Source: Squalus acanthias
Taxonomy: Eukaryota
NCBI GenBank assembly: GCA_030390025.1
Contig: CM059432.1
Coordinates: 26,476,001-26,540,000, forward strand
Reading direction: 5' to 3'
DNA length: 64,000 bases
In this document: piece by piece, positions 62,824 through 64,000 of the stretch
Layout of the letters: each line of letters opens with the position of its first letter
How positions within the stretch are numbered: position 1 is the first letter of the stretch
The notes under the pieces: generated by a model
What the model was told of the DNA's origin: nothing
What the model saw: only the letters and a program-made list of their open reading frames with translations
Databases searched by the model: none
Program-made: the position numbers and the translations under genes

Positions 62824-63529
62824 GCCTTGTTCAAAAAAGGGTGTAAGGATAAACCCAGCAACTACAGGCCAGTCAGTTTAACCTCAGTAGTGGGGAAGCT
62901 TTTTGAAATGATAATCAGGGTCAAAATTAACAGTTACTTGGACATGTGTGGATTAATTAAGGAAAGCCAGTACCGATCTGTTAAAGGCAAATCGTGTTTA
63001 ACTAACTTGATCGAGTTTTTTGATGTGGTAACAGAGAGGGTTGATGAGGGCAATGCGGTTGACGAGAATGATTCCAGGGATGAGGGATTTCAGTTATGTG
63101 GATAGACTGGAGAAGCTGGGGTTGTTCTCAGAGCAGAGAAGGTTGAGAGGAGATTTGATAGAGGTGTTCAAAATCATGAGGGGTCTAGACAGAGTAGATA
63201 GAGATAAACTGTTCCCGTTGGCAGAAGGGTCGAGAACCAGAGGACACAGATTTAAGGTGATTGGCAGAAGAACCAAAGGCGACATGAGGAAAAACTTTGT
63301 TACGCCGCGAGTGGTTAGGATCTGGAATACACTGCCTGAAAGGGTGGTGGAGGCAGATTCAATCGTGGCTTTCAAGAGGGAATTGGATAAGTACCTGAAG
63401 GAAAAACAATTGCAGGGCTACGGGGAAAGGGCGGGGCAGGGTGGGACTAGCTGAAGTGCTCTTGTAGAGAGCTGGCATGGGCTCGAAAGGCCGAATGGCC
63501 TCCTGTGCTGTCACCATTCTATGATTCTA
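62824..63529 (+). mobile_element. CR1 fragment with a large internal deletion at ~63062
   Basis: NYRPVSLTS...DEGNAVD is joined to TRMIPGMRDFSY; tail attctatgattcta. Confidence 0.9.
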
Positions 63530-64000
63530 AGTGAAGAGGGGAGAGGCTTGTGTCATGATTAACATGTACAATGGCCAATCAAAGTGAACCTAATAATTCA
63601 AATTCAGGTTTAACCCACTCATAATATTTGGCTTTCCACTAAGAAAAGGAAATACATTTTCAATAAATAATCTTTGTTTTGCTTTCTAAATGTCAAGAGA
63701 AGAAACAACAGGATCAAAAACAGAAAAGTCTGGGGACAGTCTGGGACACTCACCAGGTCAGGTAAGGGGGGAGACACCCTAAACACCAACCCATTTGCGC
63801 CCCCCCCCTCCCCCCACCCCCGATCCCTGGAAACACTGGCACAACCATCCTACATTGCCTGCACCTACTGCCACAGAAGGAATAGCAGCTATAGTTAAGG
63901 TCAATATAATGGCTACAGGAACTGGGTGTGACAAACAGGAAGTGCGTGTTAGAATCAAGACGCTCAACAATAGATAAATGTACATCTCCTGTTCGGAGAC

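Noticed and set aside
63795..63977. 60-aa ORF near the window end
   Set aside because: Begins in a poly-C tract without a true ATG, and the peptide is unrecognised.

Overview
Repeat-dominated vertebrate genomic DNA, almost certainly from a shark or other cartilaginous fish, judged from the HE1 V-SINE, SacSINE1-type Deu-SINEs and the CR1/L2/Penelope families present. I found no intact host protein-coding gene, so the window looks like a large intron or gene desert. Every ORF-track protein I can recognise is a decayed transposon fragment or its antisense shadow. Contents: many CR1 LINEs (one near full-length with esterase ORF1 and EN-RT ORF2), L2, a second CR1-group LINE, a rearranged RTE, a Penelope GIY-YIG fragment, a Gypsy RT fossil, a solo LTR, SINEs and a family of PIF/Harbinger deletion derivatives and MITEs. 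Most notable: (1) a 262-bp non-coding insertion at 22314-22575 with a 12-bp TSD and perfect 92-bp inverted arms, each carrying a minimal hammerhead-ribozyme-like fold with a variant core (mini-Penelope/retrozyme-like); (2) a visible decay series from Harbinger (Myb-like gene plus transposase remnant) to ~800-bp MITEs; (3) an exact 54-bp templated copy of flanking DNA inside the solo LTR; (4) TE-free, homeobox-motif-dense islands that may be enhancers. Repeat family names come from recognition, not a database search, and boundaries without a stated TSD are approximate.
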